64,000 nucleotides of DNA from Phoronis australis (taxonomy: Eukaryota; Animalia; Phoronida). The translations under genes and the position numbers were made by a program. The stretch is from NCBI GenBank assembly GCA_002633005.1, contig NMRA01000158.1:713397-777396 (forward strand), read 5' to 3'. Under the pieces are notes generated by a model. That model did no database searches and was not told where the DNA came from. It was given only the letters and a program-made list of their open reading frames with translations. Positions within the stretch are counted from its first letter, which is position 1. Each line of letters starts with the position of its first letter. This document shows positions 40,045 to 53,409 of the stretch, in pieces.

Positions 40045-40207
40045 TTTGTAAAACTGTAAAAGAAAATCTGTCAAACGACCGTTTTAATTCCATTTCACAT
40101 ATTTAAAATTCAAAGGCAATGAATAAACGTGTTTGTTTTGTATGTGAGAACATATACGATTAACGTATAAGGCAATAAAAATATTCAAAAGACATTAACA
40201 ATTATAC

Positions 40208-40522
40208 CGATTGAACATTAAATTTCGGAGTTTGTTGAATTCGGATTCCATTCGATTCACAGATTATTTCAAAGGACGCCAAGCAAGTGCGCCACCACTC
40301 GTTTGTTTTGGTTCAGGAGGTTGCATTATTTAGTTTGTAATACTTTGAACGTTATTTCCATTTGATTATTTTTTCTTTTTTTTCTGTGATATATAAATAC
40401 AAAATCACAGTTAGTTTTTCTAAATTGAAATCAAAATTCAAAAACTGGGTATACAGAACATCTTCACCAAATCTTTTTCAGGATTAAAAACTACTGAACT
40501 CTCCGTTCTCTCATGCTGAAAA
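40208..40522. promoter_or_regulatory. Probable bidirectional promoter / 5' UTRs shared by the CARD-ZO-1 gene and LEO1
   Basis: Divergent start codons at 40044 (-) and 40523 (+). Candidate non-coding ZO-1 leader exon with donor cg|gtataa at 40208. Confidence 0.6.
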
Positions 40523-43500
40523 ATGGCTGAAATGGAAGAGTTGTTTGGAAGTGACAGTGAAAATGGTATTTAACCTCTCTCTGTGTAACTAAGAGCGATA
40601 TGAGGTGTTCTTAAGTACTAAAGCTGATTGTTGGCAGTTACAGAAGATACTGCTTTATCTGATTGCTTTGTGTTAGGGTTCTTTTGTGGGAGACCACTGA
40701 GTAACGGGCCATTTATTCAGTGATTGCCTGGCCATGGAGCCAAACAGGCCATTTTTACACTGATTGTCAGGGGATATGATTGAAAACTAAATTCTTTCTT
40801 AAACTTCATGGTTTACAGGGCCATGGCCAGGGATGATCCTTAGGGTAAATCCATAATGTCAACTATCCATAAGCGAACTGGCAAAATTCTGAAGTTGCCA
40901 ATTGTTGCTAAAATTCATTGGCAAGAGGCGAAAATAAAGAAATATCTGAAGTGAAAAATTAGCGAATCCAACAATTGTCTGCTGGGATTCCCAAGATAGC
41001 CCGGATAGCATTTTTTTCTGTTTTCGCCTGAACAGAAAATTAGTGGTCTCTCGTGTGCCTGGAGACGACTAATTCACCCCTTTTGCTGTTTAAAGTCCCC
41101 TACATCTTTAATTATGTCAAGCCAAAATTGTAAACTTCAAACTAATAAAGTTCTCGATTTACAGCAAATGTTCCGTTAAATAAATCCACTCAATCCACAT
41201 CTAGGTAGAAACGCTAACTTGCCATATTAAACCACCAAAATACCTCAAAACTCTTACCAAAACATTGAATTNCAAAAAATGATTTATCAGCGCTAATTTG
41301 AGACAAAAAGATTACAAACTTACAAATAAAGACTAAGGTAACGATTTTTAACACAAAATTGTCTTATAGTTAACTTTGAAGTCTGAAATCTGGTAATTTA
41401 CCGACGTGGGTTTTACACGGAGGCAGATATGGAGCACCGTGACCTTCTTTTTGATTGTCCTCCCTACATGGAGCCAAACAGGCCATTTTTACACTGGGGA
41501 TATGATTGAAAACTAATTTCTTTCTTAAACTTCATGGTTTACAGGGCCATGGCCAGGGATGATCCTTAGGGTAAATCCATAATGTCAACTATCCATAAGC
41601 GAACTGGCAAAATTCTGAAGTTGCCAATTGTTGCTAAAACTCATTGGCAAGAGGCGAAAATAAAGAAATATCTGAAGTGAAAAATTAGCGAATCCAACAA
41701 TTGTCTGCTGGGATTCCCAAGATAGCCCGGATAGCATTTTTTTCTGTTTTCGCCTGAACAGAAAATTAGTGGTCTCTCGTGTGCCTGGAGACGACTAATT
41801 CACCCCTTTTGCTGTTTAAAGATCCCTACATCTTTAATTATGTCAAGCCAAAATTGTAAACTTCAAACTAATAAAGTTCTCGATTTACAGCAAATGTTCC
41901 GTTAAATAAATCCACTCAATCCACATCTAGGTAGAAACGCTAACTTGCCATATTAAACCACCAAAATACCTCAAAACTCTTACCAAAACATTGAATTTTT
42001 GAGATGACATAGTATGTGACTTTAAAATACTGTTAATCTTATTTCAAGTTTTATAAACCCACTGACGTGGAAAGCTGGAAAATGTCTGGAAGTATATGAC
42101 TTACTAAATACAAATTGTTACTGTCTTGTTTCCTTTATGTATTGCTTGCTACATTCTTGTGTTAAAGGCTGGAATTCTAATTAAGTGACCCCATAGTTTG
42201 CTATGCCATAATTGATTGTGGTGTAAAGTTAAAATTACTTAATGTGTGAATCTGTTTGTTTCAGAAGACACTGCCGCTCAGAATACCCCAGGCAGTGCAA
42301 GTCCAGCTGGTTCCGCTAGTCCAGCCCAGTCACCACCAGGCGGCAACCGCAGTGGATCAGCCTCTCCAGCTAGAAGCCGCTCCAACAGCCCTGCTGAGAG
42401 CGGCTCACCAGATAGAGTTAAGTCGGGCTCTGAGTCTCCTGCCAGTGTAAGGAGTGGTTCTGCCTCACCAGCAGGAAGTAATGCGTCAGGTTCTCCAACA
42501 AACAGAAGTCGGTCCAATTCTCCAGCAAACAGAAGTCGGTCCAATTCTCCAGCAGGCAGTGGCAGCCCCCCGCCATCTCCTGGAGGATCCCCAGCTTCAG
42601 TCAAAAGTGACTCTCGTGCCAGAAGTAGATCGGCCTCACCAGCGCACAGTGAGGGTGGCAGTAAATCTCCCAGTCCTGCTGGGAGCCCAGGTTCGCCTAA
42701 GAATGCCACGAGTCCTGCCGTCAGTGCTGGTTCCAAGTCACCGAGTCCACGACGAAGTAGGTCGCCGTCAAAAAGTCCAGCAAAAAGTGGTGCTGGTAGT
42801 GACTCGAATGATGAGAAAGAAGTCGCAAAGAAACCACCTATAGACAGTGATGAATCTGAGGGTGAAGCTGACAAAGACGGTGGTGACAAACTTGGTGTGT
42901 TATTTCAGAATTGCGTTGTTTATTAAGAAAATTTTAATTGTGTAAAAATTTCTTAGTTATTCATAATGGGGATTTTAGTCACTAGAAAATCTGATATACG
43001 AAGTATGAGCTTCCTGGTGCAAAATCTCAAAACTAAATTTTATGCTCACAGCAATATAATTGGATCTTCTTGTATGTAGTCTATTGAACATGGTTTGTGT
43101 TGTCGGAGCCTATATTTTGCAATTGCACCTCCTGAACTATTGCCAAAATTACACACGACACCAAGAATTATACTAAAGGAAGAAGGTGAGCGATGTTTCA
43201 ATGCCTGTAAAAGTTTTCTTTTGTACTGCTAGGCAGTAAAATAGACACCAGAATTTCCTGCCTGAATACACTAACCGGAAGCCAAGATAGCTCACGAAGT
43301 AACTAGCACCCCCTTTAGGAGTTTCATTACAAAATATGGGAGTCGTGAATCTGTTGTCTATTGATCTATGGTTGTGAGACGATGATAGCATATACTGGGG
43401 ACGTGTGGTGACCAGTATTACTAGTCAGGCTTTAGCTGTTGTGTGGATAGAGAAACCAAGATGATAAGTACTTTCTGAAACCTCTGTGTCAGCTTTCATA

Positions 43501-46500
43501 ATATTTTGCTGAAAATATAGTTCATGTTAGTTATTCTCTGAATCTACTACAGCGATTTAGCCTTTGTACTTATTTTAGGTGTCCTTATTGCTTCTGTTGT
43601 TATTGAATTCATCAAATGGTCATGCCAGTGTGGTAGTAGTGGATTATTTTATTCCTCTTTTTAGGTGTGGATCATGCTGATTTGTTTGGAGATGCAGACG
43701 ATATCAGCTCAGCGTCAGAAAACGAGGCTACTAAAGAAAACGAAGGTTTTCAAGAGGTCTGTCTACAAATCTGTTAGTGGCTTTACCCTTTGTGTGTTTA
43801 GTTTAGGGGAATTGTTACTTTTTGTTTCGTTCCTTCCATCTTCAGACTACTGAAAATTTTACTGTATTTTTTATTGAGGTAAATTGAAAGAGTTGTTTGT
43901 TGGACCTCAGTGCCCAGTTGCATGAAGCAGTCCTAAATAGTTAAGTTCAGTTAAGTTCCTTAAATCTTTTGCGTATTTGTGTTGTTCTTTACTCATGGAT
44001 GTAACCTTTTTCTATCATTTAAATTATCTTTTTTATGAGCGCCTCTTTAACTAATGATATTTTCTAATATTAAAAATTGAACCTTAGTGTAATGACAATA
44101 AATAGGAAATCAGTCCTTAAATTAGGGGTATTGCATGGAAAGATCCCTACTTATTTAAAATAATATTGAGAATTCAAAGTAAAGTTCATTTTTGATTTGT
44201 ATCAAAGTCAACAATTGACTTAGTAGTGAAACTAAACAGCATAAGACAGGGCAACCAGTGTTTTCACTTGTCCACACATCTGCAGTAGATTTAGGGAAAC
44301 TTGCCGAGTCCCTATTTGGGACTGTCGTGACACCAGGGACAGGAGTATTCATGGCACTTGTTTAGTGCTTATAGCTGCATAACACTATTGAAGGTTTCTA
44401 GCTGATGTTGTTCCCATGTGCATTGAAGCCCATGTTTGGATTAACCGCCACCCTCACAATTTCCAAATTTTCATTTTTCCTTTGGCTCGTATTCTAATAT
44501 CGCATTTGTATGTAAAAAATGGTGTACAGTGAAATCTCATCAGTGTCGGACGCAAAAATTGCCAACATTTCTCATTTTCATTAGTCTGATGGTAGCTTTG
44601 GTACAAAACTTGAACATAGAAAAGGATTAATTTGGTGTTACATTTTTTATGAAAAAATGAAAAAATAAAATTTCAATTGTCCTCCATATTCCATCTTAAG
44701 TTGGTGAAATTTCATATGTTTGCAACTTTACTGTTGAGGCAAACGCCTGCACCCTACTTCGCAATGATTTAGTTTTTAAACATCCATTCTCGGCTGAAAG
44801 CTCTCTTCCTTGTGTAATATAGGCATAAACAAGTTCAGTACTAGCGTTAACGACTTAACATCATACCTGGCAGGTGATTCATGCAGGCTGCACTCCTTTT
44901 ACACAAAAAATGCTGGTTTGCCATTCACCAGTAATGCAAAGTTTCCATCTTGGCTTGATTCACATTACAGTGCTTGCTGAAAGGAGTTTTTTTGCATGTA
45001 TATTTCTTCTTGTTTAGTTATTTGGTGAAGACGAAGAGAACGAAGAGAAAGCTGAAGAGGAGAAAGAAGAGCAGCAAGAGACGAGGATAGAAGTGGAGAT
45101 ACCTAAAATAAACACAGACTTGGGCAGAAACGTCCACTTCCTAAAGTTACCCAACTTCCTAAGTGTTGAGACAAGGTATGTACAAAGGTGTCAGCCAAGT
45201 TACCACAACCTTACAGTATAATAGGGGCTTGATTTAGGAATGCGTGCACAATTTTGAAAAGTGTACGCTTTAGGGAAGGAGGGATCAAGGCATGCTGTTG
45301 ATGTATATTTTTGGTGTCAAAGAGTTGGCGTTGCAATAGGACAGGTTAATGCATGGATTTTTTCAACTAAAGAATGGTCTGTAGGAATATCAACGTAGTT
45401 TGTACCTGACCCAGGTGATATAGCATAGCTGAACTGCTTGACAATGGGCACATTTTGTATAATAAGAATTGACTTTGAGTTGATGAAGCACAAGCCAGTA
45501 CCTGAGTTTATTACAACCCTGATGGAAAATAAGAGCAATGGGCTTCTTGTGGTAGAAGTCATGTGATGGAGCAGGATCTACCGGTAAAATTATGAATTAG
45601 TATTACCCATTACAGTCTGTGGCTATGTACTTGCCTGTAGAGCTTTTCTTGAGTTTTAACAGTTGCTATTCTGGAACTTTAAGGCAGGTTTGCAGCAGTT
45701 ACAACAAGAGTAGCTGAATTGGATTTAATTCTCCGCGATGTTCACTTTTATTCGTTTGAATTCTGTTGTATTTCCTTTTATACTTGCTACTATGTGAAAG
45801 CTTTTTTGCTGGTGTCAATTATCTTGCACGGTGACTGAAGGAGCCCTGTAACCTGTGTTGTTGTAGGCCATTTGACACCAACACCTATGAAGATGAAATT
45901 GATGAAGACGAGGTGCTGGATGAGGAAGGTCGAGCAAGGACAAAATTAAAGGTGTGTTTGGGGGGTGGGTGCATGGGTGGGTGCGCATGCAGCTATAAAA
46001 CCGTGTTCTGTCCTACGATATAAAATTGGTCTCAACTTTTTCTTTACTCAGATGAAAAGTGGTTTCTGGTTTTGCATATAAGCGGCAGTTTGCAAACATT
46101 TCTAAGTCAGCATTCCACCTGTGGCCGCATCAGATGACCTCCTAACAAATATAAGTCTGAAAAGGTCTCTACCCCAACCAGGACTCGTACCCAAGAAATT
46201 CTGCTGTCTGTTCAGATTTATATATTTATGCAAACTGACAATTCGTTATTCGTTAAATGATTCGCTGTGACAAGTCGGGTCGTTGATCGTGTTGTAAGCA
46301 AATGCAAAGTGTCATGAGCTCCGTACCTTTATCTGCTAGTAATTACTATATTTTCTTGTCGATAGTGATTCGTTAGTGTCCCCAGCTATGTTTCATATTT
46401 TTAAATCTCATGAGACATGATCTCCTTTCTATAATTTCTTAGAGCAATCACTGGCTAGTGTGTACATATCGATTTATACGCTAGTTATTGTTGAGTCATT

Positions 46501-49500
46501 CTGGAGATGATGTTAATGCATTTATCAGTTAATGGAATGAAATGAAATGTCACATATGAAATTAATGAAAATTTCTATGGTAGTACCATGATGTTTAAGA
46601 AACCCTTTCAATGTTAAAACTGAATTAACTTTCATTTTAAAGAGCTAACTTTGATTCAGGCCTCTATTGCTATAAAACTGGACTCAAGTTGTTCCCTAAT
46701 CAAATTAAAGACATTTTCAGTTCCATTTGGTTTAGACTATGCTAAAAAATTCAATGTTTTCACATTGTGTCATTTGATTGGCCAAGCATGATCTCAAGTA
46801 ACTACAAAGTATCAGTTCTTATCAGGCACAGAAATCCCGTTCACCTGAGTAACGAACAAGTGGAGACCAGTGTCCGGTTGCATGAAGCAGTCCTAAATAG
46901 GGACTCAACTATGTTCCCTAAATCTTTCGCAAATTTATTTCGTTCTTTACTCACAGATGTATTTTCCTATCATTTTATCTTTATTATGAGCTCCTCTTTG
47001 ACTAATGACATTTTCTCATAATATAACTAAAACTTGAGCCCTTAATTAAGTCAAATTAATTAGGGACTTAGTCCTTAAATTAGGAGCATTACATTAAAAG
47101 ATCCCTACTTATTTTCAATAATATTGATAATTCAAGGTCTAGTAGACTTCACTCTCGATATAAATTAATGTCGCAAACTGACTTGGTTATCAGACTCAAA
47201 CACCATAAAAAGGACGATCAGCGAATTTACATAAGCCTACAAATATGCAGCAGATTTAGGGAACTTAGCTGAGTCCCTGTTTGGGACTGTTTCATGCAAC
47301 AGGGCACTGGTGTCTGTTTCTTGAAAAATGACTTAAGACTTAAGACAAATTAAGTCTTACACTCCCTCTGGACAAGTACAGAAAAAGGGTTTAGACAAGT
47401 AATTGTGAGCCATCATAGTATAGAAATAAATTGTAGAAATTAGCAGTAACGTGTGCATTCTCCGAAACTGAGATTTAATTATTTTTCGGGAATAGTCCAA
47501 TGGACTAAATATTTGTCTTGTGTATTAAGTCGTTTTTATGAAACAGGCCCCTGTTTTATAGCTCTGAGTGGTCTGAATCAAATGTTGCTTTTCATGTCTG
47601 AAACCGGTTTATAGCAGCTTTAAATGTTGCCCATAGATGATTGTAAGAATGTTGCTTTTCAGGTTGAAAACACAATAAGGTGGCGAACAAAGAAAGATGA
47701 AGAGGGAAATGATGTTCTAGATGAAGATGGTAAACCAGTAAGAGAAAGCAACGCCAGGGTAGTAAAGTGGTCGGATGGAAGGTGAGTGAACTGGTGGACT
47801 TTTTCCGGGAGGGGAGTCCTTTTAAGTTTCTATCTGGAACTCTGTGTCGAACGAAGTCTGTTGTAGAGAGACGTTTATGACAGCGATCCAGATCTGAGGG
47901 TCTCTCTGTGAAGTGTTTGCTGTTTGCATCCTGAGTTCGCTCATCAACGTTTTTTTGTAAATTTTGTTTTTCTATTACCTTGTATCGTCACGAGCCTATG
48001 TTAATTAATAACATATTCAAGAGTAATTAATGTGTTAAGTAAAAGAGTGCATTGATAGCTGGAACAAATTTAGATTGAGTGCCTGTGCATAGTTATACTA
48101 AGTTTCTGAACGCCAGTTCGGAAATTTGGGTTGTTGTGTTAATACTGTGTGTTGTTTCTTTCAGTATGTCGCTACATCTTGGTACTGAAATATTTGACAT
48201 CCATGCCATGAATCTCCAAGGAGACTTCAACCATCTGTTCATTCGGCAAGGCACTGGTTTACAAGGCCAGGCTATTTTCAAGACGAAGCTGACTTTCAGG
48301 TGAATTTCATAGCCTAGATTCGTGTAATGTCATCACTTAACAAATTAATTTGCATTGTGTGCCAATGAGGCATTGCTGTTGAAAAGGGCTTCCTTTGTTA
48401 CGGAGCATTCATTTTGTGAATTTTTTCAGACAGCAGTAAGGAATTGTGAATTACCTGTCAAGTTACCTGCTTGCTAAGAGAGTTCACAGAAATTCCTGTT
48501 AACAATCTTATGAGTAGCTGAGCATTTGCCTCAAAATAATAATCATAACGGAAATGCTAGCATTCTTATCAGCCACGTGATCACTATGCCGGATTAGCAA
48601 CCACTGGCTGTGTTGTAGTCATGTTTTAGTAAGAAGTCACGGTTGTTGCCAGATTTGATACCAGATCATCTAGTCGTTTGAAGTATTAAGCAATAAGCAT
48701 TCATCTGTAAGTTTTTTATGCAGCTGATAATAGGCTGTAACTGCTCTGTCTGATTAGTTGACATACATTGTGATTTTTCAAGACTGGAAAACTGAACTTG
48801 TTTTTTTTCTTGAGAGTAATAATTGTACATTGTCCGACTTTCTAGTTATCTGCAGTGTATTTTCTCTTCAAATTTTGTTTTTGCAAAAATTCCATTTTCG
48901 CCAATAACAAAGGCTTTCATTGCTAATCTCAGTTATGCCGCCGATTTTGTTTGCTCTACTATTCCAATTTGCTTTTCAGGCCACACTCAACAGACTCCTT
49001 TACACATCGAAAAATGACGTTATCGTTAGCTGATAGGTCAACAAAGACGCAAAAAATAAGAATGTTACCGATTTCCGGAATAGATCCTGAAAAGGGCAAG
49101 GAACAGTTAATTAAGGTGATTAAATAGTATTTACATTAACCTAAGAATTTCCATTTATGAATATAAGAAGTGTCAGTTATCACTGACAATTTAGTTGACT
49201 GTAAGATTATATTGGTCCAATGTGGTAGAGTTTTTAGCTGAATTTTACATACAGTAAGGTAACTAACTGTTCATGACAAAATCTTGAGAGAAAATTGTGA
49301 GAAACCTCGAGTTCAGGGTTGATATTCTAAATCTTTGACAACTCACTACCATTAGAATCAAACCACATAACACCCGCTTAATTAATTCATTTGTCCTGAA
49401 CATGTTCGTAATTTTTAAAACTATAGGGTCACATTTAACAGTTATGACTTGTGCTTTTAAAGGGAAAGCAACTGTTTTGGTGTTGCCTTTACAAAAAATA

Positions 49501-52500
49501 TAGATCTTTGGTTATCTTGGAAAGATTTTTTTGCATTGGTATTAGTAGAGAGTGTCATAAGCAGACGGTAAAAGGCCCGCAGTTTGGTTCTGTATTTCCA
49601 GACCTGCGTACCAAACTAAAAAGAAATGCATTGACGAACCTTTACATGTGCTGTGATAATTTCGTAACGAATTTATGTTCCCAGAAAGAGGAAGAAAAAC
49701 TAAGAGCCTCGTTGAGACGTGAAAATCAGCAAAGGCGGATACGCGAGAAGGCTCACTCCAGGGGTCTCAGCGCTTCTTATTTGGAAGATGAAGAGGACGA
49801 TGATGCCATCTCAATTGCTGCAATAAAAAAACAATACAAAGAGGGCGGTCGAGGTTGGTTTTCTTATTCTACGGGATGTCCTGACTGCTTATACCAGTTT
49901 TTTTGTCTGTGGTGAGAAAGAGTAACGTGTGTTGGCAAAGTGAGCAACATTATTCAGACTTGATATTGCACTACAAATATACAAATATCAACATTATTCA
50001 AACTTGATGTTGCATTACGAATATTTCCCGTTTAGTGAGTATCGCAGACAAGAGCTGTTTTCAAATATCAAGCTAGTCTATTGTTAATGCATTCCTAACA
50101 CTCTTGTCCAGTATCACGCACCAACTACCACCTTGGTTCTAAGGGTTACTGTTGAAGTCGGTGATAATTCGACGATTGCTCTGCCCCATGCAATTGATAT
50201 TGTTGGCCCTAAGCGCTAGGCGTACTTTTACTGTTGACAAAGTGCTTTGAAACGGGTTGGGTTTATGAGTGGCAGATGTAGTACAGTGAATTCATGTTGG
50301 CGATTACTACTGTGAATCCATGTTTGTGACAAATATTTTACAATATGAATTCTTATTGGGTTTTTACCTAGTTGTACTCAAGGCTTGGAATTTTCCGCGG
50401 AAACGCGGATTTCCGCTTTTTTCAAATGTTCTGTCCGTGCGTTTTATTATCTTTCCGCGTAAAAAAATCGGATTTGATATAAAATTTTCGTGGCAAATTC
50501 CTTTCTTACCGCGGCGTTGCCGACGACGTTCACCTCGAAAAGCGGAAGTTGCTCTTTATGTTTCGGAGGAACGTAAATTGTCAACATTGCCGGGGCATCT
50601 GGGATAGTGTGGTGGGATTTTCAATGGCATCTCGTGTGATTGTAAACCATGGTGACAAATACTACGGCTCTACAGCCAAAAATGTGTGGACGGACGAGCT
50701 AAGCAGACGCATGCTACTGATGGTGGTAACATTTTTTTTTAATCCCGATTTTTGTCGGCCTAAGGTTCATATCAACTATTTCAAGGCTGGGTAGCGCACA
50801 TAAAAGTTTCCGCGTTTTCTGTCATTGGTCATTCCAAGCGCTGTGTACTGTGCAAATTCATAAAGCTCTCGTTCAATAGGAACTCTTATAGGTGGCTATT
50901 GTATGTGAACTATTGGTGGTAACCATTGTGTAGTGTGAATGTAGAACTATTAGCTGCTGTGATGTGATCACAAATTAATCATACCTTGCCAGTTTGTGCA
51001 TTGTGTCTTTGTTAGCTCGACTTTTACTGTGCGTACATACCCACATGCATTCAACCTATTTTTCACTTTTTAGAAAAGTCCAATATTTATTCTTCCGACT
51101 CTGATGACATGTCCGGCTCAGACAAAGAAGATTCAAANCGCTTTTTTCAAACGTAAATTGTCAACATTGCCGGGGCATCTGGGATAGTGTGGTGGGATTT
51201 TCAATGGCGTCTCGTGTGATTGTAAACCGTGGTGACAAATACTACGGCTCTACAGCCAAAAATGTGTGAGGGTGGGAGTGGACGGACGAGCTAAGCAGAC
51301 GCATGCTACTGATGGTGGTAACGTTTTTTTTTTAATCCTCCCGATTTTTGTCGGCGTAAGGTTCATATCGACTATTTCAAGGCTGGGTAGCGCACATAAA
51401 AGTTTCCGCGTTTTCTGTCATTGGTCATTCCAAGCGCTGTGTACTGTGCAAATTCATAAAGCTCTCGTTCAATAGGAACTCTTATAGGTGGCTATTGTAT
51501 GTGAACTATTGGTGGTAACCATTGTGTAGTGTGAATGTAGAACTATGAGCTGCTGTGATGTGATCACGAATTAATCATACCTTGCCAGTTTGTGCATTGT
51601 GTCTTTGTTAGCTCGACTTTTACTGTGCGTACATGCCCACATGCATCCAACCTATTTTTCACTTTTTAGAAAAGTCCAATATTTATTCTTCCGACTCTGA
51701 TGACATGTCCGGCTCAGACAAAGAAGATTCAAAGACAAAAAGATTGATGAAAGCAAAGAAGTTGGACAGCGATGACGAAGTAAGTTCCTGTTCAACTATT
51801 TAGTACTCTCCGCTGCTAGTTTTTGGCTATCCGACCAACATGACTGAAGCATTCATGAGTGAAAATAGTTCCTTACTTATAAGTATGGCTTATGGGGGGC
51901 TCACAAACCACGGTTTTCGCACTCAAAAACACGTTTCACGGACATGGCTCACTGCAAACAAAGCACCTAGAAAAATTTATGTTTCCTCTGTGCCATCTGT
52001 CAACAAAGAGCTTTGAGATTACATTTAATTTCAGTTATGTATTTTACTGTAGTTTAGTATCTTTTTGTGTTAAACGACAAATAAAAATTTTTGTTTTCGT
52101 TTTTAATCAAAAACAAAATCTAGGGCCCATTCCAAGAAAACTGACTTAGCCAACTAAAGACAAATCTTAAATTTAAGTCAATTTTAAGATAAAATTTTCA
52201 TGTGTCTTTAGTCCGTTCCAAAATGATCTTAAGTTTGACTGAAGTTTTTGACTTAAGTTCGAATAAGTTACTAGATGTGGAAGTTTGGAAGTCAAAAATG
52301 AACTTAGTTTCTTGGAGCCCCGTGGTTCATTGAAATGTATCCTCAACACTTCATTCATGCCAGTAGTTGAGCGTCGTAGACTCTGTGGCCTAAGTTAAAC
52401 AGGCACTAGGCCCCTGTGGGCAGTGTGTGACCTATATTCCAGTGGATGAGTCTGCTATTGTTTGGTCATGCTGAAACCTTTAGATTTTGTTCATTCGATG

Positions 52501-53324
52501 TGCCAAGATGTAGATGGGCTATTTCCACGTGCCAGTCGATTTTGGTGACCTCAACCTCACAGCAAGAAAATAAAAAAAAATGTTGGGGTTAATTTCAAGA
52601 AGCAAGCTTCAGATTTTGTTCAATGCGGGTGGGGTATTATCAGGCATCAGAGGATTTTGGTGAACTTAGTCTCATTTTCAAGGTCACAGTACGAAAATCA
52701 GGTCGATTTTAATAATTGTACAACACCAGGTGAATGTGTAGTCGCACTGTGACAAATGCTTGAAATTTTGGCGATACTGCTTTAATAAGACAGGTAGTGA
52801 AAAATATTTTCCCCCTTTAGTTGTTTTGATTTTTTACTTCTTACTGAAATTGTTTGGTTGACAATAAATTGTTGATGCATTCTAAAATTTCATACTCCTT
52901 TCATGGTTGTGGTCAAGTATTTCAATTCTTGCATTAGAGAAAAGTGCCAAGAATCCTTTAAAAGTTCATGTTTGCAAAGCACCAATACGGAGCACTCTTC
53001 AACACCTTTTGCATGTGAGCAAGATCTAATTGAAAGTTAAAATTGTTGTTGATGTTGTATAGAATTTTCTTCTGCAATTGCGTGGATGTTAAGGTAGTTT
53101 TTACCGAATTTCAAAGCTAAAATTTCAGGCCAGTTTTCAAATGATCTAGTGTTTTTATCTGTGGTTTTGTCATAACTTTGATAAAGCTTCGTGAATTTTG
53201 ACAACTTTTTCTTGAAAATTATTGTACTTTTACACAGAGATGCTTTTTTTCATTGCAGGATTCTGATCAAGGACCGAAGAAGAAGAAGGCGAGAGTTGTT
53301 AGTGACGATGAGGAAGAAGACTAG
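40523..53324 (+). CDS. LEO1: RNA polymerase-associated protein LEO1 (PAF1 complex), ~580 aa
   Basis: Exons 40523-40565, 42265-42894, 43665-43756, 45018-45175, 45867-45951, 47663-47781, 48165-48299, 48980-49115, 49685-49853, 51670-51779, 53259-53324 (1743 nt, in frame). Motifs: [127 protein letters not shown]. Confidence 0.95.
40733..41997. repeat. ~530-bp duplication around N at 41272 (40733-41271 / 41467-41997)
   Basis: Near-identical copies in LEO1 intron 1; first copy ends at the N. Confidence 0.9.
43908..44343. mobile_element. MITE, diverged copy of the 46867-47310 family
   Basis: cagtgcccagttgcatgaagcagtcctaaatag ... gagtccctatttgggactg; internal similarity throughout. Confidence 0.75.
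46867..47310. mobile_element. MITE with ~59-bp terminal inverted repeats
   Basis: ccagtgtccggttgcatgaagcagtcctaaatagggactcaactatgttccctaaatct / agatttagggaacttagctgagtccctgtttgggactgtttcatgcaacagggcactgg. Confidence 0.85.
47309..47550. mobile_element. MITE of the GGGGCCYGTTTC family, abutting the previous element
   Basis: gtctgtttcttgaaaaatgacttaa ... ttaagtcgtttttatgaaacaggcccc inverted termini. Confidence 0.65.
50379..50843. mobile_element. Non-autonomous DNA transposon with 6-bp TSD
   Basis: TIRs CAAGGCTTGGAAT / ATTCCAAGCGCTG flanked on both sides by TGTACT; sub-terminal TTCCGCG motifs. Confidence 0.75.
50569..51733. repeat. ~570-bp duplication around N at 51138 including a truncated copy of LEO1 exon 10
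   Basis: 50569-51137 repeated at ~51150-51733; the first exon copy (51074-51137) is cut by the N. Confidence 0.9.
52121..52321. mobile_element. MITE of the GGGCCC-ended family
   Basis: gggcccattccaagaaaactgacttag ... aacttagtttcttggagcccc; similar to 6280-6478. Confidence 0.6.
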
Positions 53325-53403
53325 AAGTGATCGTCACGTGATAGAAATCAGCAAAATATTTTATTTGTAATGCTTTGAGAATGCATGTTGTACAAAAATG
53401 TCT

Positions 53404-53409
53404 AATAAA
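53404..53409 (+). terminator. Putative LEO1 polyadenylation signal
   Basis: AATAAA 80 nt after the stop codon, followed by a GT/T-rich tract. Confidence 0.6.

Noticed and set aside
42278-42889. 203-aa minus-strand ORF
   Set aside because: Antisense shadow of the low-complexity LEO1 exon 2.
51074-51137. Apparent duplicated / mutually exclusive LEO1 exon
   Set aside because: Truncated at an N and part of a haplotype-like duplication.
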